From positions 25,172,001 to 25,236,000 of the forward strand of contig JBHGNT010000002.1 of the NCBI GenBank assembly GCA_043228905.1: DNA of 64,000 bases. The letters are read 5' to 3'. Below the pieces are notes generated by a model. The model made no database searches. It saw only the letters and a list, made by a program, of their open reading frames with translations, and had not been told where the DNA came from. Shown one piece after another: positions 38,019-51,500 of the stretch. The number at the start of each line of letters is the position of its first letter. Position 1 is the stretch's first letter. This DNA is from Azolla caroliniana (lineage: Eukaryota; Plantae; Polypodiophyta). A program made the position numbers and the translations under genes.

Positions 38019-40244
38019 TCATAAACCCGGGAATTGGATCCACCAAATCTTGATCTCACGGTTGGAGCTACCACTAAAGAGGTACAATCCGGTGGCCGCC
38101 CGCGATACTGCGACCATTGTCTTTTGATCATCTTCAATAATCGGATCTCTCGACACTTGGGCTGGTGGGTGGCCCGCGGAAGGAGCATGTGGATATAGTG
38201 GCTGGGGGCGGGGCCGGGGCCGGGGCTGAGAATGAGGTGGGGCGGCGGCCGATGGAGGGATAGGGGTGGGCGAACCGGGAGTGTTGGATAGCCAAGTGGC
38301 CAAGCATTTCACGGGGCCGGTGTGGCCGTGGAGGACGGCGATGCAAGTGTGTGCCAAGCGATCCTTGGTGGTGGCGGTGGGGCCGGGATTGTGACGGGCG
38401 GGATCGTCCCGGCACCAGATACGGATGGTGCGGTCGGCCGAGCCGCTACAAAGGAGCGGGTGGCGGCCGGGACCGGGGGGGACAACGGAGAGGCAGAGCA
38501 CGGCGTGCCGGTGGCCGCGTAGCGCCCCGGCGACCGACATGTGGCGGTCACTCTCCTCTCTCTCCCACACGAGAATATTGGCACCGGAGACGGAGCCGGA
38601 TACGGAGCTGGAGACGGAGCCATTGTCGGAAGATGCGGAGTACAAGAGCACGGAGGAGGAGGAGGAGGAGGAGGAGGCGGGGTGATGGGTATGGAGGAGG
38701 GCCAGGGCATTGACGCCGGAGCTATGGCCGCCGCCGAGGGTGGCCACTAGGGAGTGGCGGACCTTTCCGGAGGCGAGCGCGGGGCACGCGGCCCACACCT
38801 TGATCTGGGCGTCGGCGGAGCCGGAGTATAGCAATCCGTCGGCCTCCTCGGAGACCACCATGGTGTTCACGGCGTCTTCGTGGGCACGGTGCAGGGATTC
38901 GATGCACATGAAATCCGAGAGCCTCCACACCTTGATGGTCCTGTCCCACGACGCCGAGTACAGGAACCTGCTGCCTTTCCCCACCGCCAGCGCCGAGATG
39001 GCATCGGCGTGCTGGATCCACAGCTTCTTGCTCTCGTTCCGCCGCAGCCGTATGAACCTGGGCGCCCACAGGAAGGCCCGCAGGTAGTTCTCCGCCGTTG
39101 GCATGGTGGCCATGAGCTTGAAGAAGTCGTGGAAATCGGCGTGCGGCTGCTTGCGCTGCAGGGACCGGCGCCAGATGCGGATTCGGTGGTCGTGGTGCGC
39201 GCTGATGATCTTGTCTCCCACCACCACCATGGATTTCACGGAGCCGTCTGCGGTGCCGAGCCGCCCGAGCCGGTATGCGCAGCAGCCACCGGAGGGCATG
39301 CTGGCGATGCTCCACACAGTGATGGTGTTGTTGGAGCTGGATCCTGCATACAGGAAGCCCTCCGCCGCCACCAGTGAGGAAGCACCACGCCCGCCATCGC
39401 CACCGCCACTCCCGCCGCCACTTCCGCCGCCGCCGCCGCCGAGCTGCTCATTGTTGACCGTCCCTATGCACTTGATCTTGTAATCTCGGCCATCCATCAT
39501 GGTGGACACGACACTTCCATGGCCATGGACGCTGGCCACTGGCGCTTCTTTCCTGTTGTTCAGCGCAGGGATGGAGGTCCTGAAGGCGGAGCTGAAGCTT
39601 GCGCTATTTAAGACGCTGTTGTTGCTGCTGCTGCTTCCGCTGCCGTAGCTGCTCCTGCCATTGTTATAACTGCCGCCACGGTAATGGCCATAACTGCCGC
39701 TACCACCGGAGCCGCCAATTCTCTGATTGCGACTTAGGATCGGAGGCGTGGCAGCGTTAGTATGGCACGGGTCATCATCGGCATGGGCACCGCCATCTGG
39801 ATCTCCATCATCGCCATCGCCATCGCCATGAGCACGGGTGCTGCCACTGCCGTCACCGTCACCGTCGCCGTCACTGTCACCGTCACCGCCACTGTGACCA
39901 TCGCCATTGCTATTGCGATTGACAGTGCTGTCGCCATGAGGAGGGCTGCAGATCCGATGAATGGGGGCCTTCACCTGTGTAGCGATTCCATCGCTATTGT
40001 TATTACTAAGTGGGGCAGATTCTGGAGCAGGAGCAGGATTATGATGATGACGATGGTGGTGGTGGTGGTGATGGAGTGGGGGAGGGTGAAGGGAATGATG
40101 AGATCTGTTGTGGATATGAGCTACTGCTACTGCTACTGCTACTGCTTCTGGTGATGGAGATGGAGATGGAGATGGAGATGGAGATGGAGATGGTGATTGT
40201 GATGGTGATGGGAGGGTGTGATGATGATGATGATGAGCAGGCAT
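38019..40244 (-). CDS. Intronless WD40-repeat protein, JINGUBANG (JGB)-like, with a long low-complexity N-terminus
   Basis: WD repeats SAHHDHRIRIW, KKLWIQHADAISAL, LYSASWDRTIKVWRLSD..CIES, AHEDAVN, YSGSADAQIKVW, ALRGHRHAVLCL, CSGSADRTIRIW, GHTGPVKCL and SGSSNREIKIW. First ATG is at 40244; the ORF track starts at an upstream TTG. Confidence 0.9.
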   Translation of the reverse strand: MPAHHHHHHTLPSPSQSPSPSPSPSPSPSPSPEAVAVAVAVAHIHNRSHHSLHPPPLHHHHHHHRHHHNPAPAPESAPLSNNNSDGIATQVKAPIHRICSPPHGDSTVNRNSNGDGHSGGDGDSDGDGDGDGSGSTRAHGDGDGDDGDPDGGAHADDDPCHTNAATPPILSRNQRIGGSGGSGSYGHYRGGSYNNGRSSYGSGSSSSNNSVLNSASFSSAFRTSIPALNNRKEAPVASVHGHGSVVSTMMDGRDYKIKCIGTVNNEQLGGGGGGSGGGSGGGDGGRGASSLVAAEGFLYAGSSSNNTITVWSIASMPSGGCCAYRLGRLGTADGSVKSMVVVGDKIISAHHDHRIRIWRRSLQRKQPHADFHDFFKLMATMPTAENYLRAFLWAPRFIRLRRNESKKLWIQHADAISALAVGKGSRFLYSASWDRTIKVWRLSDFMCIESLHRAHEDAVNTMVVSEEADGLLYSGSADAQIKVWAACPALASGKVRHSLVATLGGGHSSGVNALALLHTHHPASSSSSSSSVLLYSASSDNGSVSSSVSGSVSGANILVWEREESDRHMSVAGALRGHRHAVLCLSVVPPGPGRHPLLCSGSADRTIRIWCRDDPARHNPGPTATTKDRLAHTCIAVLHGHTGPVKCLATWLSNTPGSPTPIPPSAAAPPHSQPRPRPRPQPLYPHAPSAGHPPAQVSRDPIIEDDQKTMVAVSRAATGLYLFSGSSNREIKIWWIQFPGL

Positions 40245-42599
40245 AATTTCCTGATTCAATGGGAGCTGGAATTAATAAATGGAAGCAGAAGCAGAAGCAG
40301 GAAGGAAGGCTTTCTCTCTATATATTTGATCTATATATTCTATAAATTTATAAGTTTATTTAATAAATTTAAACAAAATAAATAATGAAATGGAATTAGA
40401 TACATAAATATAAAATAAATATAAATAAAATAAGATAGATAATTAAATAATTTATATAGATTATTTTTTATTTTTTATTTCCCTCCCCCCCCCCCCCCCC
40501 CCCCCCAAAAAAAATAAACACTACTTCAGATTAGTTAGCAAAAAATATAGATAAATGTTTATTTTTTATTTTTCCAATAAAACAAAACACTACTTCACAT
40601 TAGTTAGCAAAAATATAGAGAAATTAATAGATAAACAAAATAGGTAAAGACAGAAATATATTAGTCTCAATATTTATGATTGATTATACATATATTATAT
40701 ATATATAATAATTATATAGATAAATAGGTATTTTTATTATGAGCTGGAAGAAACCGAAAGAATTGGGTGGTAGCAGGATTTGAACCCATTTCCTCTTCTT
40801 CCTCTTTTTCTTCTTCTTCTTTCCCTTTCCCCCACTTACACCACAAAAATATCTCGCTCTAGTTTATATTATTATATTTTACTATTTTATTGCCTATTTA
40901 CTTTTATATATATATATTTAATTATTTATGCCTAGTGTGTCTCTATTATCACATAGTGAGTCCCTTCTTCTTCTTTCCAACATTATTCCCATTGGGCGGG
41001 GGCCACTACCCCTTTTGCTTTGCTTCACATTCCCACCTTTCCGCGTCCAAACTCTCGTCTCATCTCAGGCCGGCCAAATTTCTTCTTCGAAGACGTCCGA
41101 AGACAACAGTAGAATCTATCCATGTCTCCTCTCTCATGGCCATTATCATACAAGTTCGGGAAATCTTCCGCTATTGCCCCGCCCTAGTTCCGTCCCCTTT
41201 CACTTGTTTCCGAAAATATCATATTACTATCCATGCCAGCATTCCCAAAAGCAATAAGTTGAAAATCCAAACCATGGGCTCTTTCCTTCTTCTTCTTCGT
41301 CTCAAACTCACGTGTCATCATCCCTTAGTCCGTTACGCAACTTAGCATACCTCACATCCACATTTGTCCAAAGAAAGGTCAATCTGGGTTATGATTTCCT
41401 TGCTGTATCTTTTGATAGTAGATCAAGGTAGCAATATTGACTTATATACTCTTTGGTTGATCATTTAACGGGTGGCTACATTGGTTGTTTGTTGGTATCA
41501 CGTACATGTGTGTCTTATTCTCTCTTCCCCGTGGGCCATCACTTAGGGTGGGGCTCTCATTGTCGTTTTTGCCACATTAGAGTGTAGGTGGGAGTTTATT
41601 TATGATGTAGCTACAGTCTCCTCGAGTGTCTATCTATACTATTTCCGGACTCACTCTCCTCATGCTTCTATATTATGTTTTCAAAGCAAGCTAATCTTTC
41701 CAAAGGGAAATTGCGCATTTTGCTAGAAATATCAAGGAGAAACTTTGCTTTTGCTTGGAAGACCAATTAAGTAGGCGACTCTCATGCCAACATTCTTTAT
41801 ATTTCCTAGTCACAAATAGTTTTGACATCCTTCTCTTTCGCTACTAGTAGCAAATCAATAATACACTTTCCAGAAATAATGTATTGAATAATTTATCATC
41901 TAGGTTCCATAGATACAATGCATTACTTTGCTGCATCTATGTAGAGACATGACACCCCTTACTAAAAGAAACAAGCGTCAAGATAGTGCAATGTGACGTT
42001 ATGCATATTTTGACTTACGGATTAGATATTTTTGGTGACGTTGATAAACATCATACCAAGCCACCTACCCAACACACTCATGTAGGAATTCTTACATTAA
42101 AACGTTGGATATATTGCAATCACAATATGCAATTTGATTAGGTGGAGTGTTCATGCCTGCACACACACTTCCCACTCTTTATTCGTCGGTCTCGTCAAGG
42201 TACTGTACACTAAATTCATCTTCAAATATAGTTTAGTAAAGGAACTAAAAAAATGAAGGATTCTCAAAATGCCATAAAAATAAAAGATTGGAGTGGCAAG
42301 GCATTTGTAGATTTAAAATTGTGTCTCTTTCGACCCTTGGTTTATAATGACTTCTATCATCCGAGCAAATTTGTCTCCATTGCATTAAATGTCATCAATC
42401 ATAAAAGGTTCAATGTCAAACACTTAAACAAATAACAAATCAAGTGCAAATGTCATCGACGAGAGTGATATAGCTATTTACATGCTTAGGTAGAGTAGTC
42501 TTGTGCAAACATGGGGTCATTGCTCTTTCTGCATTACGACCTATTATGTTAGGCTTCTAACGGACTACAAGTTGGAAGATTAATATAAGCAAAGTTGTT

Positions 42600-44050
42600 A
42601 AGGTTTAAAAGATAATATAAGATAAAAAGAGAGAAACTCGACATAGTTTAAAACCTAAAGCACATAGAGCATCCCAATATTCGAAAAATGGTTGAGGAAT
42701 GCCGTGTTGGTTGTAATAACTTAAATTTACATCGATGGTCTACTTTTGCACGTCGACTCTTGCTTTTGGAGGTTAAAAGGCTCTTAAAAGCTTTAGCTTT
42801 CTTATGGGAGAGGCAACATCTCCAAAATGTCTTTCCTTTTATGGGTTGTAAAGCTTTTACTAATACATTATCTATAATTATATTAAGAGACATTTACCAA
42901 AAAACCCCTATTTTCCTATATGCTTCTCAAGTACCCTACAATTTTACGTACATATTTTTTAGCATCGCTTTTTGGTTAGATACACACTAGTCGATGTTGG
43001 ATCATTCGAACCTTCAATTAGACGCTGCAATAAAATCATCAACAATTTCATCATTTTAATTAGATTAGAAGATTTGGGGTTTGCAGTTAAATGGTTGCCT
43101 AACCGTAAAATGATAGAGGGGAATGAGCCATGAACTTCTTTTTGCAATTCCAAGCTTGGTGAAAAAGTAAAACTATGTGAGGCACAAGTGATGAGAGTGG
43201 TCAACTATGCACACTTTGCCCTAAACAAGTTCGATTGTCTAAGTATCACACTTTGATACAATGCTCTTCATTTGATCATATTCGACCATGCTTCCACCAA
43301 GGCAAATCCTTGCACGAATTTCTCTCACAACCACAATGTGCACTCTCAATTTCAACATTCATCGGTAAAGTTTTTGTACACCAAGAATCACTGCTCACTT
43401 TCTCATGTATGTTGTGAAATGTAATATTTTTGGTCTCATAGGTCATATTTGACCTTTGAAGGTGATAATAGTATCTGTCTATCCCTCTCAATGGATGGAG
43501 TTGAACATACGAATGTTAGGCCTCTATTTATAGAACGTAATGAGTCATTTGAAACAGGAGAAAACTTCATATACCTTGGATTTGAGGTTTCTCCAAATAA
43601 AGGTGTAATGAGCATGTCACGTGAAATGGAAAGTGGGTTTATTATGCAATTAAAAGCATATGCAATGTAGGAGAAATCAAATACTAGACTATCAAGAAAT
43701 AATTCTTTACCACTAGTGTTTCTCGATGTGGTTAAAGTGTGGCATGGCCACATATCCACGTTGGCTTAGAAAATGTTTGAATATGTCCAAAATGATTTTC
43801 TCATTAAATTTCTTCAAGTCAAGGTACAAATAGAACACATTCTCCTAGTTCTGACCAGCCTACCGTCGATCGACATCCTAAGTATGTAAAGGGTTGTGGG
43901 GTATATGCTTAAGGTTTAAAAAATCCCAAATACATACATTTCCTAGCATTACATGGGAAGCCACCAACAAAGGCTAAAAGACACAAGTCACATATTTGGA
44001 CGTGTTAAATAGTTTGAAGGATGGGATGCATTAGAGTTCTTTCATGGTGC
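42600..44050 (-). mobile_element. Decayed LINE-like fragment
   Basis: Broken short ORFs with coding-like composition. No decisive motif. Confidence 0.25.
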
Positions 44051-44505
44051 CCCCCCTATAGATTCCTTGCCCAACACCAATGTATGATGACTTCATAGAG
44101 ATGTCGAGGCTCAAGTTTCATACATTATCTTCCATACGTTGCAACCAATCAACCATATTCCATACAATATCATTTATACATGTTAGAAACCCTCCCTTTG
44201 CTTGTCATTCACACAATTCCTTCCATTTGAATAATTAATTCATACTCGCTTCAATGTGAGATAGGGTGTTTGGGCGCAAGAGGAAGCTTGTTGAGTACAC
44301 ATATTTCTTCCAAACAAGTTGAGTCTAAGCATCACATGTAATTATAATGCTCCACATTCAATCACATTTGAGTTGGTTTTCATCGTATTGTCAAACAAGA
44401 CCTATCTGTATGTATATATCGCTCACAATCACAATGTGCCCTCTCAATTGCAATATTCATTAGGAAATTTTTATAACATTAAGATTTATCACATCCTGGA
44501 AAAAT

Positions 44506-44508
<3 letters not shown>

Positions 44509-44555
<47 letters not shown>
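44509..44555. repeat. (CT)n microsatellite
   Basis: Seen directly. Confidence 0.95.
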
Positions 44556-44559
<4 letters not shown>

Positions 44560-46199
44560 ATTTTCAAGACAATTGGAGTTGAACTTGGACTCCTTAAAAG
44601 CACCAAGTTTGCATTTGTGGGACAACTTACATAATGTAAAAGAACCAAGGTAAATGGGTGTATTGAAGTGGTCGATCCACCTTCACATGGCATAAAAGAC
44701 ACTCATTGTTTATGCTTGTTCCTATTACACTTGGTTCTATGTACATGACCTACATGTCACATAATTTATTCGAGTTTGTCTATCTGTCTTCCAAACATTT
44801 CCACCAATGTCTTGTCTCTTCTTTAATGAGTAAAATACATATGGGTGATTCATGTATCATTCTTTTGGAATTCAACAACAATGTCTAGCTCCTATACATC
44901 CATTATTAAAACTTAAAAGTTACTTTTTCGGAAAAGATATCGAAGATACAACATGCTAGTTGTTGGGCCATTATGCTTTCTGTGTAGATCATGTTTATAA
45001 CGTAAGGTGGATAGGGTAAAGGAACACCGAGAACATAAAAACCATATACACATTCACAATTGGTAATGATACTTGTAGACTAATATCATAAACAATTATA
45101 CTATGGGTAAGTTTAGCAATGGAATATTTTGAAAAACCCTAAATCATACATTAGATAGTTTACATTTTGTATTGGGTAAGGACTCAAATAAATCAATAAG
45201 TTCACCAACCTATAAACAATCATAGTGGGTTCACCTTCTTTTGCCCTAAGGATGAGACAAGAATGGGTTATTGTCGATCAATGCTTATGTTGGCTAGTGG
45301 GCTAAGATTTACAAGTTACAATTACCCATCTTGAGACATGCACAATATGCAACATTATTTGTCAACTACATACACAAAATACAACATTGCTCAGTTTCCA
45401 AGTCGACACATTCCGACTAAATGTCCCTCTTGCTTCCTTCACGTTGCATTCATGTTCTCAACTTACACAACCAAGATAACCAAAGTGTTCTCTTGGCCGG
45501 TTGGAAATGGCAAGAGTGGGCACCACTCAAAGGTGATAGTTAGTCATTGCCTATGTTGCCTACTAGCCTAACCTTGTTTGCATGCCAACCTAACAGCTAT
45601 GCACCATCCCTCCCTACCTTTCTCCCTAGTGGGAGCTCTTGAGAATGGAATGCCCCCATGTTTTGGTTATTTGTCCCATATGGATATTAATGTGAATGAT
45701 ATAGTTAGAGAAATCCTACGAGAATTGGATTCCAACTAACTTGGCAAATTCAATGTACACTCGAAGTAAAGGTAAATTTGGGATCAATACCTAAATAAGA
45801 GACACATTAATGGGTTGAATCCGGAATATAAGAGGGGACATTCGGTGCCACCTTCCTACGTTATTGACCATAGGTATAAAATGTTTTTGTCACAACGTAG
45901 GTAGAGAGGGATCTTTTGAGAGTCCAAAATGCTATATGAATGCCGATATATTCCCCTTGCAATAAACATCTAACCTAAATGCATTATTATCATTTTACTA
46001 TCCAACCTTGTAATTCACTTATAATTTTCTCACAAATCTAAGTATTAAGCTCTCATTGTCATATCCAATTAATTAAGATTTATATTATTCATTACCTCTA
46101 GATGGAGATTATATATGGTATTAATTGTCAGTATCTTCTCTTCATCTCTTGTATAATTAGTTTTGTAATTCAGTATGTGATTAGCCATCTTTCAATATT

Positions 46200-47265
46200 A
46201 ACGAGTATTAAATAATAGAATAGAATGTTTTGATGAGACCAATTTTGACCAATGATGAGTACAAGATTAGATTAGATTCAATATTTTTTAGCTTCCATAG
46301 AGACGTCAATATTGACCCATGGGACTTTAGTACAAAAGTTTTCTTGATGTGTCTCCTTCCTAAGAAGTCTTGATGTGTGAATAAGGCATACATGTATGAG
46401 CTCAACCTTCTAGGTTTCTCTTTAATGTAATAATCTAAATTTGTCCCTTTAGCATCTTTCCACTTCTTCCTTAGTGCTTCTTCCATATCTCATCTTTTGA
46501 ACCATTTTTTGATGTCAACTACCCAACCAGGTGAGAGAATTTGGATCTTGAGATTCTTTTCTAGTTTGCATCTAACATTCCAACCAAGATGTTGTAATGT
46601 ATGATTTGGCATATTCATTTTGTAATGTATCTATATACTCTTTGTAACGCCAATATGTTTCCAAGAACATAACCTAATAGGAGGTGGTGGATTTAACTCC
46701 CAATTGTCTCCTTAAATACATCTTTTGAATTTTCTCAATCTCATTCCATGCATTAAGAGAGATGGTGTCTCCCCATATGTCTACTCCGTTAAGCAAAACT
46801 TGGGTTACCATGACATTAAATAACATTAGTTTCACTCTAGTTGTATTGATTTTCCAACATATAATAACTTTTCCAACCAGCTTGAAGTCTAGATTCAAAA
46901 GCATACAATCCATTTATTTGTGGCAAGTATATTGACACCAAAGATACTTAAATATTTCTACAAATTGTACTAGTATAGGATATTGGTGAGGTTGGATGGT
47001 TTGCACTACCATCATTTTTATTTTATCCACATTTACAATTAGTCCGCTACTTTCGCAAAATACTAGTCCGAGTAAATGTTGCATATCATCAACCATATAT
47101 GAAAAGAAAACCACATCATTCACTTATAAAAGCAATAAGTTAACTACTTGCGTAAGTTTTGGAGCATCAAATCCTTCTTCTCTTGCAACCCTATTTCAAA
47201 ACTTCTTTCAATTTATAAGCACATAAACCAAAGAGTGTAGGTGATAAGGGCATTCTAGCCTAATC
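46200..47265 (-). mobile_element. 5'-truncated, decayed non-LTR retrotransposon (LINE) reverse-transcriptase 3' region
   Basis: Remnant of CPLSPTLFG at about 47255, F..DDVV-like and FKYL motifs, and KLMLFNVMVTQVLLNGVDIWG...EIEKIQKMYLRRQLGVKSTT, typical of the LINE RT C-terminus. Confidence 0.75.
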
Positions 47266-47707
47266 ACATTTTAGTTGGCATCTAACGTGCTCATTAATCA
47301 TGCAATAGGAATTTGATAACCTAATGCTATGCCAATTTCCACCATCCCATTCCAAAGCTCACCATCCCCTCTTTGGTTGAAATCTCAAAGTCCTTACCAT
47401 GGGTTTGCAAAAGAGAGATTATTAATGCGAACAAGAGACTGAACAATCTAAAGGATAGGGCCAAGCCCATGGTGAGGATCAAATAACATTCTCAATTTTC
47501 AGATAGACCAGATCCAACCCATGACGAGGGCTTTGAGACCCCAGAGAGTGACTTTTATTCTAAAGAGAGCCATCCTCTCATTTGAATTCAAGTCTAATAT
47601 ATATTCTGTTATAAAGTTCATGAGCTCTATGTTGTATTTCTATAGCAAGGTTCACAACATGGTGCAATGCAAATTCTGATACAATTGAACAGCTACTCGA
47701 TGCTGAT

Positions 47708-47945
47708 AAAAGCTTCACCACAAAACCAACCAAATAATACATAGGAGTGCTGGTGAAAAGCAAATACCTACAGATGACTATATACTTGGCAGCAGTGAAA
47801 ATTTCTCCATACTTAGTAGCCGAACCTAGATGCAATCAAAAGCTTCACCACAAAACCAACCAAATAATACATAGCAATGCTAGTGCACAAGAAAATACGT
47901 ACAAGATGATGATTTACATGTAGCAATGAAAATTTCTCCATGCTG
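47708..47945. repeat. Diverged ~130-bp tandem duplication
   Basis: AAAAGCTTCACCACAAAACCAACCAAATAATACATAG at about 47708 and 47838. Confidence 0.8.
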
Positions 47946-48549
47946 ATTTGATTATGAGGCCAACCCGGTCTTCAACAAATTGCATGAGATTATGAAACTT
48001 CAAAGAAAATACTAAGCGTAGTAGATTCGAAAATAGTAAAGCGCTTGTTGTATTAGGAAATGCTTACACAGCTTATAGACTATTGGCAAATGTGAACAGT
48101 ATCAAAAAACACTATTCTCAAATGCAGGACTGATAGACAGTTAAGCTCGATGTACCCATAGCTTTCAACAGCCAAGTAGAGACTCTATTTTTCTTAATTA
48201 AAAATGGTCACGAATACACATGTTCTTAGCGAGTTATCTCAAAATATCATCACAATAAATTGTAGTGGTACTCCATTCATAGTAGAATTGATATTAATAG
48301 AATCTACATGAATAGAAGAGGCTATTTCTTTTAGAGATGAGGTACATTCCCCATTTGCAAGTTATTGCAAAAGATGATTTACTGCAGTGATACCCTTGCA
48401 TATATATTGTCAATGTAAACTTGCGCAAGACATGTCATTTCTTTCCCCAATTGGGTACACTTAGCTAATTAGATATTAGCCTCATAAAGCTCATTTAACA
48501 CATTAGTCTTTATATATATACAAGTAAAGAACATCAAAATCCTCATTTA

Positions 48550-51066
48550 TCATTTGGATAGTTGTTTTGCTTTACCATATAGTATCACTCCACACACCGA
48601 GAGCATGTACCCAAGCATACCAGTTACAGAGACAGGATTGTGGAAAACAAGGATTGAGACAATAACCGCCACCACTCCTTTTGCATTTCCAAGTACCTAA
48701 ACATAATGGAAAAGATCAACATACTAAAGGGCTTCCAACAAAAACGGCTATTGCTACAACTTTTTATCCTGGAAAACTCATAGCTTATGTGATTTAGGTG
48801 GAGACTCTTGAATCTTGTCTTTCTTACCTATCTATGTATGTAACTTTTCACTTCAAATACATACAAAACCAATCATGAGGAAAATTACGGACTGAGAAAC
48901 GTGATTTGAGGATCGCATCCAAAATCAGGAACTTTTGTGATGCCTTGTTTACCTCGGTAGCTTGAAACAAAGATGAGTGACATCCAAGATCTACGATCTA
49001 ATAACATATAGTGAAAATTACTTGTGTATGCTTGGTTTAGGTTAGATTCAGAATCAAAAGAAATAATTTTGTGTGGTTATGAAAATCAATTCACAATAAA
49101 TAAGAAAAGGACTCCTAACTACATATAATAGTTTTGGTTTGCTACATCTCTTAAGTAGAAGTTTACTTTGCTGAAATTGCTTCTAGTTAGCAGTTTGATT
49201 TAATGCTAAATTGATCAAGATTAGTAGGAAGATTGAGGAATTATTTTATTTTATGGGTTCGCAGAGTGCATGCTTAACATTAGTTTTCATGCAATTAGAA
49301 GCCTCAAATTTGACCAGGTAATGTATATAAGTTATTTTGAAAATAACCAGGTCTACCTTTTAAAGTTTCTATAGGCATAAGCATATTTTGGTAATTTTCC
49401 ACATAGTACACCGCGGAGTGCATTGACAATCTTATGTTTTTTTATTGAGAACTAAATTCAAAGTATAGAAAATTCCACTAAGTTTACCTGGAGTGTCAAG
49501 GGACTTGTGTGTTTAGTGACCAAAAAATTGGTCAAGTTCACAAAATAAGCCATTGCTGAATTGACTGCGATATAGAGAACTATGAAAGGATCCTTCCTAG
49601 CTAGAGCTACTGTGGTTCCGAGTACATTCGGTTCCACTAATAGACTGATCGGTAGAAGAACAAGCATCGCAATAGGTGCCATGTATAGAAGCAAATTCAT
49701 GGAATTCAGCTTCTCTCTGGCATCACATAATGAAGAGAAAAGTTTGTTATTTTTTACAAGGTTATCAGGGAAAAATGACATGCTAACTTTAGAGTATAAG
49801 AAGAAAACAACATACCCTTCAGATGACAATAGAATGCCTTGCAAAACCGATTTGAAAGCTCGACCTGCGGTAGCACAAGCACATATAATGAACCCATAAT
49901 GATGAAAGCTAGGTTCCCCCTGCATGGACAAAAACCAATATATACCATTTATATGCAATTAAGATGACTTGATGCACCAATGATACAATATTTATACACA
50001 TTTGAGAAAAAGTAGCACATAATCATCAAATTTACACCATCTCAAAATACTCATCTCTCAATCCAAATTGCCTCTCAAGCAAGAAAGATTTTGCTTTTGA
50101 GAATCGAGGTATTTTGATTATTTCAAGGAAAAAGGGTTGTCTTTTATAAGTACCCAAGTTTTTTGTTTTCTTATTCCACATTCCTCTAAATAATCATTTA
50201 ATCAATGTTTGATGATGCCAAATCGTTTCATTGACTTTTGATACTACAGTGTAAGCCCAATGCCAGCAAAGAGAAAGAGAGAGAAAGTATATACCCCACT
50301 CGCAATCACGAGGCCAGCAACAACAGGTACAAGGGATGCATATGCTAGAAATGACTCCCGTCTCGATGTCGCAATGTAAGCAAACGCTGCAGTAAACAAA
50401 GGTGCGGTTGCACCCACTGCCTGGTTGAAAGATATTGGGAGAAAACGTAAGGATATGTTGCCACCAACGACTGAACTGCAAAACACGACACTGAGAGCAC
50501 AAATCTTCAAGAATTGGCCCTGTGAAGTAATGAATTGCAATGGGACGATCTTCAAGGAGACTACGGCTACATAGCTTAGCAAAGCACAGGATGCCATGTG
50601 ACACATTGTGAGGAAGATAGGGAACTTGAATCCATAGTTTGATAGCAAATACTTGTTGAGAAGAAGAACACTGATATTAGAGAAATACCATGCTGCGACA
50701 ATGCTAGCTGTGAATAAGAGTTTTCTCCCAGAAAAAGCTTGGCTTTTCTGTAATTGTTGTTCTTCTTCGTTGCCTAATAATATTGATCCATGGCTATGGC
50801 TATGGCTGTGGCTATGGTTTAATCCTTCCTTCTCTTCTTTTGAAATGGAAAGAGAGCTTGAATCTGGATATAAATAAAGAAGGAAAGGAAGAAAACAAAA
50901 AATGAAAAAGTTTTAGGTCGATCAACATACCTTCTCTGGAAACAAAACAGGCGAAAGAAAAAGACGCTTTAAACATACTATTGATCTCTGAGGAATAGAT
51001 CGAAGAAGCTGAGAAAATCTCCTTCTTTCGAGGCGCAGAAACCTTAATTCTCCGCAAGGGTGGCAT
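48550..51066 (-). CDS. TPT-family nucleotide-sugar / 'probable sugar phosphate/phosphate translocator' (UUAT1/At3g11320-like). Exons 51066-50931 (uncertain), 50863-50295, 49919-49816, 49716-49488, 48696-48550
   Basis: [91 protein letters not shown] and [24 protein letters not shown]. All junctions are in phase. Confidence 0.93.
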
Positions 51067-51252
51067 AGCCTGCCATGAAGAAAAGGAAGAAGAGGAGTAG
51101 TACCCATGGCGATGGGAATGGCGATGAAGGAGATCTGCAGAGAAAGACCAAATTTCTTTCTCTGTGTGTTGTTTATAGAGAGGGATATGTTTACAATAAG
51201 GACAAAATTTGGGATTATAAACTGCACAAATTTTATAAGGCTATATTTAAGA

Positions 51253-51500
51253 TTAGGGTTAGGGTTAGGGTTAGGGTTAAAGTAAGGGTTATCATTTTCA
51301 TAATGTTTCTCAGGGAGTATGTGTTATCTAATTAAGGTTAGGGCGACGACGGGTCCTGGTAATGTTTTCTAAGGAACGTGTCTTACACAATTAGGGTTAG
51401 GGTTATGATTTTATTAATTAAAATTATTATTTTTTTTTTTGGGGGGGGGAAAGGAGGCTATGTTTTATGATTAGGGTTAGGATTAGTGTTAGGATTAGGG
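51253..51500. repeat. (TTAGGG)4 array plus scattered TTAGGG units in the transporter promoter
   Basis: TTAGGG x4 at 51253-51276, with more units at about 51391 and 51471. Confidence 0.85.

Noticed and set aside
38134-40246. Many overlapping alternative-frame and antisense ORFs in the WD40 gene
   Set aside because: Expected stop-codon scarcity in GC-rich coding DNA.
40765-40790. tRNA T-arm-like GGTTCAAATCC on the minus strand
   Set aside because: Isolated motif with no upstream tRNA body.
40890-41345. 151-aa plus-strand ORF upstream of the WD40 gene
   Set aside because: Non-ATG start, no recognisable domain, and promoter-like composition.
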